Numbered from the stretch's first letter, positions 31,750-40,452 are shown. The stretch: 52,656 bases of DNA from Thermodesulfobacteriota bacterium (GCA_041862515.1 JBGVTJ010000175.1:1-52656); one strand, 5' to 3'. The notes: a model not told the origin generated them from the letters alone. Translations and numbers: made by a program.

Positions 31750-32097
31750 TCAAGGATGTTTCTCCTTTGTCATTCGGGATTGAACGATTTTCCTGAGCAT
31801 CTTCTGCGCATCTGCGGAAATCTTTTTGTATTGAATCCCCATTCCCGAATGCGTTCCCTTCAGGATCCAAACGACCTCTCCTACGATCACCAAGGGTTCG
31901 GGGTGATTCGGGAAGGAAAATTCCAGGGGAACTTCTGTCCTGGGGGGCAACAACTCATCCGTTTCGATAAAACATCCTCCCTCGCTGATATTGTCCGTAA
32001 ACCGATGGAGATAGGAATCCATCTTTTGGTAACTCACCTCAATCTGCACCTTCACTCTAGGATGCTTTCTCCGCTCTTTTCCCTTATGGGTCTCCAT
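31750..32097 (-). CDS. PilZ domain protein, myxococcal TIGR02266-like (5 of 8)
   Basis: RRKHPR, NISEGGCFIET, GEVVW, GMGIQY. Confidence 0.88.
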   Translation of the reverse strand: METHKGKERRKHPRVKVQIEVSYQKMDSYLHRFTDNISEGGCFIETDELLPPRTEVPLEFSFPNHPEPLVIVGEVVWILKGTHSGMGIQYKKISADAQKMLRKIVQSRMTKEKHP

Positions 32098-32138
32098 GAG
32101 AACCTCTCCTTATCCAAGGCATTATTGATGTACTCCAC

Positions 32139-32579
32139 TTATCTGACCTGCCGGATGAAACGGTTCCACTTCTCCCTCCTCTTGGGAGTCAACTCCTCGA
32201 GAAAAACCCCGATCTTTAAGCGGTACGTCTCATTGGTCGCTTTTAACTCGCTCCAAATTACCCTGCCCAAGCCGATTATCTTCCCCTCGGGCGATGGGAG
32301 ATCGATTTCCAGCTCCAGCTGCTGTTCTCTCATTACCAGAAACGGCAATACCTTAACCCTTTTTGCACCGCTCGATTCTGAGAAGGTCATAACACCTTCC
32401 TGTACAACGGCATCAGTCTCGATGCACAACCCGTCATAAGAGACATTCCATGTTTCTCCTCCTATGACCATGGAACTCTGTTTCTTGCTCCAAAGGTCTA
32501 CAATCTTAAAGAGGACCCTCAAGGGAACACGGAGCCGGGTAAATAAACGCCGTTCAACGACGCTGATCTTTTTTGCCAT
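32139..32579 (-). CDS. PilZ domain protein (6 of 8)
   Basis: RRLFTR, NVSYDG, GRVIW; paralogue of 38653..39054. Confidence 0.8.
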   Translation of the reverse strand: MAKKISVVERRLFTRLRVPLRVLFKIVDLWSKKQSSMVIGGETWNVSYDGLCIETDAVVQEGVMTFSESSGAKRVKVLPFLVMREQQLELEIDLPSPEGKIIGLGRVIWSELKATNETYRLKIGVFLEELTPKRREKWNRFIRQVR

Positions 32580-32650
32580 CGTTCCTCAATCCCCCCGGAG
32601 AGTCACCTGAATGAGGGTCTCATCGTTTACCATGATCCCCCTACTCTTCC

Positions 32651-32718
32651 AAAAAAAAACCAGCTCTACAGATAATCTCTGGCCCCTGTTCCCCCGAGGA
32701 TAACCAAAATAGAGCTGG
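32651..32718 (-). terminator. terminator-like stem with a long loop between two PilZ genes
   Basis: CCAGCTCTA/TAGAGCTGG stem, about 40-nt loop, T9 tail on the minus strand. Confidence 0.55.
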
Positions 32719-32736
32719 CCGTTACCTTCTTTCAGC

Positions 32737-33132
32737 CTAAGCGGAAAGGCTATCAAGCAACCCTTTTAATTTGGAAAAATCATCCTTCCCTATGTTCATG
32801 AATTTCAATCCGTACTTAAACTCGCCCCAATCCTCGGGTCCCCTGATATCCGCCCAAACGATTTCCGCCTCGGCCTTGATGGGCGTTAGACGAAAACCAT
32901 GGGAAAAGAATACCTCAATCTTCAGCTTTGTACCAATGGGAAACTTCTCCTGCAAATAGACGAGAAGTCCTCCCTCGCTGGCATCGTGGGCAATCCCTCC
33001 CTGCTTCTTACGTACCCTCACCTCGGAATATTTCATGGGGAGATCCACGTTGAACCTGGGAAACCTCCTCTTCTCGATTGAAACAATCCCTTCTCTTCCG
33101 CCCAGATCTTTTCGATTCTTCTCTTTACTCAT
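32737..33132 (-). CDS. PilZ domain protein (7 of 8)
   Basis: KRRFPR, DASEGG, IVW...FKYGLKF. Confidence 0.88.
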   Translation of the reverse strand: MSKEKNRKDLGGREGIVSIEKRRFPRFNVDLPMKYSEVRVRKKQGGIAHDASEGGLLVYLQEKFPIGTKLKIEVFFSHGFRLTPIKAEAEIVWADIRGPEDWGEFKYGLKFMNIGKDDFSKLKGLLDSLSA

Positions 33133-33141
33133 AGAGATTCC

Positions 33142-33300
33142 TCACGGACATTCCTTCAATTTCTGTTCCACCCACTGGATCATCTCATCGAGACACATCT
33201 CCTCGAACATGCCTTCTCGAATATCTTCGAACATTTTTTCGTTCCAGTCAACCCAATCTTTTTCCTGCTGAGCCTTATTCCAGATGGTTATCTTCCCCAT
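33142..33300 (-). CDS. small acidic hypothetical protein (52 aa)
   Basis: SD GGAGGGGGAAGG before ATG 33300; MGKITIWNKAQQEKDWVDWNEKMFEDIREGMFEEMCLDEMIQWVEQKLKECP. Confidence 0.55.
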   Translation of the reverse strand: MGKITIWNKAQQEKDWVDWNEKMFEDIREGMFEEMCLDEMIQWVEQKLKECP

Positions 33301-33416
33301 CTTCCTTCCCCCTCCCGGTATATTGATGCCCATCCCCACTCTCGAATGGGTGAGACTGAAAATTGAGTCGTTGCGATGATCGCTTTTGAAGGGCGAAAGC
33401 AGTCGTCTTGAAGGAT

Positions 33417-33608
33417 TCACTGATCTCCCCTTAAGAAACGCCGCAGCTCCGATTTGAGCACCTTCCAGCCCTTTCCTGCTTTTGTAGCGTTAATCCGTCC
33501 CTCCCGAATATATTTGAAGTATGTTGGTTTCGTAATCCGAAGGTACGCACAGGATTCCTGGGTTGTCAATACTCGATCTTGTCTGTTGTCATAACTGTCT
33601 TGAGCCAT
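33417..33608 (-). CDS. stand-alone excisionase/BldC-like HTH protein
   Basis: VLTTQESCAYLRITKPTY...GKGWKVLKSELRRFLRG, close paralogue of the 27627 HTH. Confidence 0.82.
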   Translation of the reverse strand: MAQDSYDNRQDRVLTTQESCAYLRITKPTYFKYIREGRINATKAGKGWKVLKSELRRFLRGDQ

Positions 33609-33649
33609 ATGCACATTCACCACGACAAGGAAGTGTATCCGTATTACCG

Positions 33650-33665
33650 TGCATTTTTTATGCCA
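33650..33665 (-). promoter_or_regulatory. putative sigma54 promoter with IHF-like site near 33699-33711
   Basis: TGGCATAAAAAATGCA; upstream TATCATGGAGTTA. Confidence 0.65.
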
Positions 33666-33918
33666 AGGGAACCGAGCGATGTTCTGAATCGTCCTCATTA
33701 ACTCCATGATATGATCAGCGATACTTCATGCCACATCCCCAAAAAGATGCCGTCTGCTCATTGAGTTGACTTTTTTTTCATAGTTTAGGCAAACGTCTCT
33801 TATTGAGCGGAGGGATAATGGAAATCTCTATCAAGGCGGGAAATAAGGGCAGGACCGATACCGAGGGGGGTTGATTTTCCTTAAGGGTTAATCCCTTTCA
33901 GCAAACCCCATATGGTAT

Positions 33919-34461
33919 CTATGGGCGTAGCCATGAGGGGTCAGCATCTGCAATCCTGGCCTCATCCAATAAGACGTCATTCAGCATGTGTTTAGCCTCT
34001 TCTGTCTGAGCCTTATATTTTTCGTCTTCCTCCTGGAGGCGTTTGATCTTCCTCCGGTACCTTCTCCTCTTCCCATCGTTTCGGGCCTTGTCTAAGACCT
34101 TCTCTGCTTCTTCGATCTCCCTGGTAATCCTTTGGTGCTGGGAAGTGGCATTATCTAATTGAACCCACCACTTGGAGGCCCTATCCCTCCACCAGGATTC
34201 CCTCCGTCCAAAACGATCCGTGGACTCACGCTGGACCCTTTGCTTCGGCCGTTTCCCCTCCTCGGAAGGTTTTTGCCCTTCCTCCTTGATGGTTTTCTTC
34301 TCCTCAACGCGATCCCAATAGCGCTCGGGTACCTTTGCCGGATCATCAGTAAAATGGATCGTTCCCGAATCGTCCGCCCATTTATATACCTGGGCATAGG
34401 AAAAGGAGGTCGCCAAAATGCAAAAAAGCCCAAGGAGGCCGTGGAGATATCTCATATTCAT
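33919..34461 (-). CDS. DUF4124 domain exported protein with coiled coil
   Basis: Signal peptide, VYKWADDSGTIHFTDDP..VP, coiled-coil C-terminus. Confidence 0.82.
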   Translation of the reverse strand: MNMRYLHGLLGLFCILATSFSYAQVYKWADDSGTIHFTDDPAKVPERYWDRVEEKKTIKEEGQKPSEEGKRPKQRVQRESTDRFGRRESWWRDRASKWWVQLDNATSQHQRITREIEEAEKVLDKARNDGKRRRYRRKIKRLQEEDEKYKAQTEEAKHMLNDVLLDEARIADADPSWLRP

Positions 34462-34967
34462 ACCATTCCCCTGACTCAAGGGGCATTTGATTCATCCACC
34501 CTAAATGATGCCCCGATTGAATTTCGGACAATAATCGGGATACAATCCTTTTACCAATACATCATGGTTTCATCTCCCATGTTGATGTATTGGATTGGAT
34601 CAGCCAAACCCCTCCTTTGGCTGATCCTTTTTTTTAAAAATCTACCCCATCAATGCCGACTCGTCAAGGACGCTTCATCCTATCGCGGAATTTTCGAAAA
34701 ATCCCTTTCATGGTTTGAGGAGCTATGGAAATTGTTTCAGGGACCGAAGTTGCTCTTTTTCATGGAGGAGGAGAAGAGGAATAAAAGAATTTTCGAGGAA
34801 AACATGGCGAGGCCATGAATCAAAGGGAGAGAGGGATCGATGAAATCAATAGTTATCGAGGTTATTGGGGCGGGGGGTTTTTTTACCTTTCTAACTCGAT
34901 CTCATCGGTCCCTCATCCCTCATTCCTATTCATCCAGCATCTGATGCATACCCGTCAGGGCATGAGA

Positions 34968-35315
34968 TCATGCCCATCGTTCCATATACCGTTTGCTCTT
35001 TCGGCTTGCTCTCTCGCGCAGAATTATTCCCAGGGGCAAGCGGAAATTCACATTCCTGGAGGCCCCTTTCGCCTTCCTCCGATGGGTATTTAGATAGGGG
35101 TCCTCCCTTTCCCTCACTCTCCCCTCGATGTATTCCCTCTGGGTTATCTCCTGGATCAGTTTTATGCCTTTCTGGTATCTCTTCTTCTTAACCCTTGGAA
35201 AATGGGAGGCGGAGAACAATACTGAAAAGATATCCCTACCCTGAAGATACCTTACCATTTCGTAACTCTTCCCAGCACCCACGTGACCGCTTTCCAAGAT
35301 GAGCTTAAAGAACAT
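34968..35315 (-). CDS. basic hypothetical protein
   Basis: MFFKLILESGHVGAGKSYEMVRY...; ATG 35315 with SD and a sigma54 motif directly upstream. Confidence 0.65.
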   Translation of the reverse strand: MFFKLILESGHVGAGKSYEMVRYLQGRDIFSVLFSASHFPRVKKKRYQKGIKLIQEITQREYIEGRVREREDPYLNTHRRKAKGASRNVNFRLPLGIILRERASRKSKRYMERWA

Positions 35316-35348
35316 CGCACACCCCTGCAATGACTGAATGCTTTTCGA

Positions 35349-35364
35349 AGCAAGAACTATACCA
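35349..35364 (-). promoter_or_regulatory. putative sigma54 promoter
   Basis: TGGTATAGTTCTTGCT. Confidence 0.6.
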
Positions 35365-35567
35365 AGACCCGTTTAGCCAGGAGGATATGAGAACTCTGGA
35401 TAAATAAAGATGGGGAGAATTCGGCCTGAATTTATTGTCCAACAACGCATAAACTCAGGCCGCATCGATCGGGGCATTAGATGAACAATCCATCTCAAAC
35501 GTTATGAAAACGGCATCAATGCATACCTTTTTTCACCGATCTATGAAAACTTTTCATAAATTCCCAA

Positions 35568-37379
35568 TCATGAAAGGGAACAATGCTCGCAATTCCCATC
35601 CTGACAATAGTCGGCTCCGAGGAGGTAGAGGTAATCGAAGGCCAAGGGGTCATCGGATAAATGATCTATGATCTCATCGAAGAGGTGGGGACGGCCCCCT
35701 AATAAGGGCAATTCCAATCGTTCACCCCAATCACTCCCTCGCCATTCCTGCCTCAGACAGCGCGCAATGGGTTCAAACTGTGCAGGAGATGCCCTCCCAG
35801 TGCCCAATTCCCTCATAGCATATGCGATGCATCGAGCTGAGATGAGAGGATCGAATCCATGGATATTCATGATATCTTGGTGGAGGACCATGATATCGGA
35901 CTCACTGGAGGCCGATATCATTGAGGAGGCTATTGTGCCCACGTGGAGCGATAGTTCCTTTAAGGTTCTGGCAAATCGGGTCTTTCCACCATTTGTATGG
36001 AGCCATACCCCCCCCTTCAATACGCACTTGCGTAATTTGGATTCGATTTCATCCAAACTAACCCTTCGAAGCTCCCCTGCATGAAACAGGCCCTGGTTTC
36101 TCAACAGTGAATTGATGGATCCACCCTCCTCATCCCAGACTATTTCCCAGGGTCGAAAAGGCCATCTATCAAAAAGGATCAGGGAAAGGAACTTTAGAAG
36201 GACATCTTCTTCGCTGACCAAGGATTTGGCATTGAACCCAAGATGGCTGAAATTCCTCAAGTCATGGGGAATTTTTTCCTCGGTATATCCCTTAATGAGA
36301 GCCCTCGCGATACTCGATGGGCTTTTCTGGCTGATTTTAGGGCATGAGAAATTTCTCAGGGGGGACTGGCCATCGAATTGAGCTAGAGGAACGTGTGGGG
36401 ATGGAGGAAAGCTCGATCCAACCTTCTCGTATACCGCCATCTTGGGAACTCCCCAGCCCGGAGGACCTTCCACAAAGGTTCCTGTGTCTCGAATGGAACT
36501 CCCGTGCTCCTGTGCATAACGCGAGAGGATGTCGGCCAAATACCGCCTTGCCGGTTCACTATCAACATCCTCATATTTCCTCTCCAGTATGGCCCACTTT
36601 TCGGGAAAATCTGCCGTTAATACCTCCTCGACATCGGCCTGGGTAAACACATCTTTCGGAATCCTAGAGAACGCTTCTTCCAGTAATGAACAGATGTCCT
36701 CTGAACTGAGGTCCCCCGGCTCCAAGATCACCTTATTGGTGGCCTTGGTTGGATTGTTTCTCCGCGGAAGTACCACCTTTTGGGGGGGAACTTTGTCAAT
36801 CACGGCCGTAATCATTGCTCCATCCTCTCCCTTAAAAGCAATGGAAATACGCCTGACCCCGGTATTTCCCTTCGCCACCACCCTGAAGGGAGAGCATTGA
36901 CCCGAATGAAGGGAACTGAAGGCGATGGGAGATTCCTCATAGATGACGAATTGGTCGCGGAAATCAAAAAATTGAGCAACAACCTTCACACCCCTAAGGG
37001 GATTGGATGAGATGTTCTTCACCCTTCCGACTACCTCTATTCTCCCTCCCTGAGAGCGTGAAGTCAGGGATTCAAGTTGGAGAAAGGGCGCTTTATCTCC
37101 CTCGAATTCCAGCTCCAGCAAAGGCGTTTCGTCCTCCGTTAGGAATTGTGCCCTCCCCCCCAATGATTCAAACTCCTTTACCAAGGCATCGGCCTTAGCC
37201 CGGGAAAGGCCTTTTTTGAGCAAAACGGGTGTGTTGCTGATCAGGTGGTTCGCCTTTTCAGGGGAGATATGGAAACGCTTCGATATATCCCTAAGGAAGT
37301 TTTTCTTGCCCTGCGCCGAGTTGTTGGCAACCCCGAAAAATATGACTTTGTACGTACTTTGATCCCCTCCTGGAACCAC
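35568..37379 (-). CDS. multidomain hypothetical protein (L7/L12-CTD-like N-terminus, FxLYD-like domain, C-terminal HhH/Cys-cluster-like domain)
   Basis: 603-aa ORF; PVLLKKGLSRAKADALVKEFESLGG; VVGRVKN...VKVVAQFFD...LHSGQCSPF; ends GADYCQDGNCEHCSL. Confidence 0.65.
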   Translation of the reverse strand: MVPGGDQSTYKVIFFGVANNSAQGKKNFLRDISKRFHISPEKANHLISNTPVLLKKGLSRAKADALVKEFESLGGRAQFLTEDETPLLELEFEGDKAPFLQLESLTSRSQGGRIEVVGRVKNISSNPLRGVKVVAQFFDFRDQFVIYEESPIAFSSLHSGQCSPFRVVAKGNTGVRRISIAFKGEDGAMITAVIDKVPPQKVVLPRRNNPTKATNKVILEPGDLSSEDICSLLEEAFSRIPKDVFTQADVEEVLTADFPEKWAILERKYEDVDSEPARRYLADILSRYAQEHGSSIRDTGTFVEGPPGWGVPKMAVYEKVGSSFPPSPHVPLAQFDGQSPLRNFSCPKISQKSPSSIARALIKGYTEEKIPHDLRNFSHLGFNAKSLVSEEDVLLKFLSLILFDRWPFRPWEIVWDEEGGSINSLLRNQGLFHAGELRRVSLDEIESKLRKCVLKGGVWLHTNGGKTRFARTLKELSLHVGTIASSMISASSESDIMVLHQDIMNIHGFDPLISARCIAYAMRELGTGRASPAQFEPIARCLRQEWRGSDWGERLELPLLGGRPHLFDEIIDHLSDDPLAFDYLYLLGADYCQDGNCEHCSLS

Positions 37380-37388
37380 AACGTCCCC

Positions 37389-37913
37389 CTATTTCACCCA
37401 TTCCACAGGAACTCCTGCTCTTTCCGCCTCTTCGGGCAAGGTCTTTTCCAGGATTTCCTTTGTTCTATCGATATCCTCACTTCGACCATTTAACTCATCC
37501 TGGAGCGATTCGAGCTCTTTTTGGTACTGCCTCCTTTTGGCACGGGACCGGGTGGCGTTATATTGAGCAATGAGGTCGTTGTATTCCAACCTAACCCGCT
37601 CGTACTCCTTTTGTGCTCGGTTCAATTGCTCCTTAATCTCGTTTGTCCTCTTAACCCAATACTCCTCTCCTCGGCCATACCGATCTCGTGGTTTCTCCAT
37701 TACCCCTTTGGTCTCCCCGGCAGTTCCCGATGATTCCTCCCTCTCTCCGGGTAGCTCCCTGTGGTCTATCTGTTCCCTGTATTTCTTCGGCACTGAATCT
37801 GGGCTGTCGGTGAAGTGGACAACTCCCCGTTCATCTACCCACTGCCAAACCTCGTTCGGTCTTCCCGTTGAAGCAAAAAAAAGAATTGCCATGATCAGAA
37901 AAGCCGCCTTCAT
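37389..37913 (-). CDS. DUF4124 domain exported protein with coiled coil
   Basis: Signal peptide, VWQWVDERGVVHFTDSP..VP; paralogue of the 33919 gene. Confidence 0.82.
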   Translation of the reverse strand: MKAAFLIMAILFFASTGRPNEVWQWVDERGVVHFTDSPDSVPKKYREQIDHRELPGEREESSGTAGETKGVMEKPRDRYGRGEEYWVKRTNEIKEQLNRAQKEYERVRLEYNDLIAQYNATRSRAKRRQYQKELESLQDELNGRSEDIDRTKEILEKTLPEEAERAGVPVEWVK

Positions 37914-37937
37914 CTCCTCCTCCCTTGATGAACTAGA

Positions 37938-38405
37938 TTATTCAACGATGACCGCAGTTCCCTTGGCATATACCAAAACCATCAAAACCTCCTCCTTAAC
38001 TCCAAGGGATTCATAACGGATATCGACTCCGACAAGTCCATTTGCCCCCAGAGCTAGGGCATCATCGGTGAGAGTCCGGATCGCCCATTCCCTTCCCTTC
38101 ATGAATTTGTCCACCAGGGAAAGGGCCATTCCTCCATTGAATTTACTGAGATCCAATTCTCCGGATATTTTGAACCCGACTACCTGTTCCGTCGTCACCA
38201 ACCCCAGGGATTTAGCCACCTTTCTGGTACCAACCTCTGGTGTACTCACTATCACGAATTCCCTTCTCTTCTTTTGATCCGCGAAAAATTGTACGACATC
38301 GGGATTTTCCCGTTTTGTGCAAGAAGGACAGGAATCCGGCAACGCCTCTCCACCGCTAAAAGTAAAGGAATTATCACAGAACTTACACTTAACCATCCAC
38401 TCCAT
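37938..38405 (-). CDS. zinc ribbon + YbjQ/UPF0145 domain protein
   Basis: CKFC...CPSC; LGLV, ALALGANGLVGVDIRYE, VYAKGTAV. Confidence 0.8.
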   Translation of the reverse strand: MEWMVKCKFCDNSFTFSGGEALPDSCPSCTKRENPDVVQFFADQKKRREFVIVSTPEVGTRKVAKSLGLVTTEQVVGFKISGELDLSKFNGGMALSLVDKFMKGREWAIRTLTDDALALGANGLVGVDIRYESLGVKEEVLMVLVYAKGTAVIVE

Positions 38406-38573
38406 TTTCCCCTCATCCCATACTGGAATCCTCTCGTTGTCCCTCGCTATCGCTATTCGTTACTATCCATCCCCCTCAGGGTAAAGGAGGGCTACCCTTT
38501 CGTCCAAAACTCATTCGGAGCGGAACCCACTCCTCCAAACATCCCCTTATGGGCTTACGGTAGGGTTAACAAA

Positions 38574-38589
38574 AGCAATTAGCATGCCA
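38574..38589 (-). promoter_or_regulatory. putative sigma54 promoter
   Basis: TGGCATGCTAATTGCT, near consensus. Confidence 0.7.
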
Positions 38590-38652
38590 ATAATCTTTTT
38601 CCAGGATGTAACGAAATGTACGGAGGGAATGGAAACAAAAAAAACTGATGAC

Positions 38653-39054
38653 CTATTTCCGGAGGGTTGTAAGGAATCGTCTCCATATCTCCTTGGAATT
38701 TTCATCCATTTCCGTCAAATAAACGCCAGCACGAAAACGGTAAGGGGAACCGGATGAACTGAGATCATACCACATCACCTTCCCCAGGGCCGTTATCCGC
38801 TCCGATTCGGGAGGCACATCGATCTCCATTCTGAGCCTCTCCTCCTCCATCGCCTCGGAGAAAACATGCGAACCATCTACCAAGACCACATTGGTCTCAA
38901 GGCAAATGCCCTCGAGGGAAACGTTGGAGATCATCCCTCCCAACTTCCTCGAGGCATCCCGTCTGCCCAGAACGTGATACAGGTTGAACCGGACAGGCAG
39001 AGGGGATTCCAAGCGCAAAAATTTCCTCCTGTCAACTCCTCTCCAACCCTTCAT
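38653..39054 (-). CDS. PilZ domain protein (8 of 8)
   Basis: RRKFLR, NVSLEG, GKVMW; paralogue of the 32139 gene. Confidence 0.82.
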   Translation of the reverse strand: MKGWRGVDRRKFLRLESPLPVRFNLYHVLGRRDASRKLGGMISNVSLEGICLETNVVLVDGSHVFSEAMEEERLRMEIDVPPESERITALGKVMWYDLSSSGSPYRFRAGVYLTEMDENSKEIWRRFLTTLRK

Positions 39055-39189
39055 CGTTTCTCCTCAGGAATTCCCAAAGGAACCCTGCCATCAAGGTTTT
39101 GGGAACGCTTCAAAGAAGACTTGAAACCTATACCTTCTCACCCCTGAACCAACCCTCTATCCCGATTTCAGGGCGCTCTGGAACCTCCT

Positions 39190-39418
39190 TCTCAATTGGG
39201 CCAGATGTGGAAACGTCTCTAGGAAACTGGAAAAGGAAGCTCTGAGCGCGAATTAAGATTTTTTCGGTAACCATTCTTGGTGAAGCGAAACGGCCGCAAA
39301 TCCAATGTTTGAGCCCAAAGGGCGAGTTTTGGATTTGCAGTGACGCGAACCTTAGAATGGTCGAGAAAATATTTTGAGCAGCGAAGAGCGACGTTTTCAC
39401 TGATTTCATCAATTGGAC
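39190..39418. repeat. nested palindromic REP/MITE-like element, copy C
   Basis: About 90-nt core nearly identical to 7302-7394; outer arms CAATTG, AAACGTC/GACGTTT, CCATTCT/AGAATGG. Confidence 0.8.
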
Positions 39419-39456
39419 CTGACACCGAAGTCATTTGGGCGGCCCTTTTTCCGGGA

Positions 39457-40452
39457 CTAGGTGTGGAATTCGATTATATCCCCATCATTCAGGACATAAT
39501 CCTTTTTTACCATCTGCCCTTGATATTTCTCAGATCCCCATATGCGGGCAAACCTCATCTTCTTCACGAAATCCTTGTGCACGGAATATCCCGCATCCTC
39601 CACGGTGCTCCCCCTTTTGAGGATAACGGGTTCACTGAAGTCGGGCTTTTTCCCCGGAGGCTTCGTGTATACTCGCATGATATCCAAGGTCTCAAAAATT
39701 CCCCTCTTCAAATCCTCCAAGCCAATCCCCTTTTGGGCAGAAAGGGAGAAAACTGGAAAGGAGCGTCCATATCTTTCCCTCAGCATCTGATCCTTCTCCT
39801 GGACCCCTTCAAGATCCAGCTTATTTGGTACAATCAGGGCCCTTTTTTGCTCAAGACCTCTCTCCCCCTCCCCATCAGTTTCCTCGTCTTCAAAGCCAAG
39901 AGGTTTGATTCGAATTCCCTCCAATGTAGCCAAAATCCCCTCCACTTGAGCTAATGGATCGCTCTCCAAGTCCACCATAATGATAAGGGCATCGGCATTC
40001 CTCACCATAGGGGACAACCAGGCTTCGCCTATCTCAAAATTGATTGGGGGGATGTCCACTAACTGAATTTGAATGTTTTCAAAAGGCACCATTCCGGGAA
40101 TGGGCTTGCGTGTCGTAAAAGGATAATCCGCCACTTCCGAGTTTGCATTGCTAAGGGCCGAAACCAATTGGGACTTCCCCGCGTTGGGAAATCCCAATAG
40201 CAGTACCTGGGCCGTCCCCTCCCGTTTCACGTTGAATACAGATCCCTTCCTTTCCGTTCCCCCTTTTTTCTCCAATTCCAATTTTAGCTTTGAGAGCTTG
40301 CTCCTGAGCTGACCTCGGAGCTTGTCCGTACCCTTATGCTTGGGCATTATGGCTAACATCGATTCTACGGCTTTGATTTTTTCCGGGATCGCCTTCGCCT
40401 CTCGATATCGCCTTTCCACCTCAAAGTATTGTGGGGGCAAATTTGCCGGCAT
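39457..40452 (-). CDS. OBG/DRG-family GTPase with TGS domain
   Basis: PKHKGT, GFPNAGKS, YPFTT, NKLD, C-terminal TGS; DIPP at the G3 position. Confidence 0.88.
   Translation of the reverse strand: MPANLPPQYFEVERRYREAKAIPEKIKAVESMLAIMPKHKGTDKLRGQLRSKLSKLKLELEKKGGTERKGSVFNVKREGTAQVLLLGFPNAGKSQLVSALSNANSEVADYPFTTRKPIPGMVPFENIQIQLVDIPPINFEIGEAWLSPMVRNADALIIMVDLESDPLAQVEGILATLEGIRIKPLGFEDEETDGEGERGLEQKRALIVPNKLDLEGVQEKDQMLRERYGRSFPVFSLSAQKGIGLEDLKRGIFETLDIMRVYTKPPGKKPDFSEPVILKRGSTVEDAGYSVHKDFVKKMRFARIWGSEKYQGQMVKKDYVLNDGDIIEFHT

Noticed and set aside
27091-33608. Prophage or ICE implied by excisionase-like genes
   Set aside because: No integrase, att-flanked tRNA or phage structural genes; HTH_17 domains are commonly regulators.
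33717-33733. Additional sigma54 promoter TGGCATGAAGTATCGCT
   Set aside because: GG-GC spacing is 11 rather than the required 10.
25600-39100. c-di-GMP-I/II riboswitch in island intergenic regions
   Set aside because: No GGCAAAC...GAAA...GACGCAAA arrangement found by eye on either strand; a covariance-model search was not possible.
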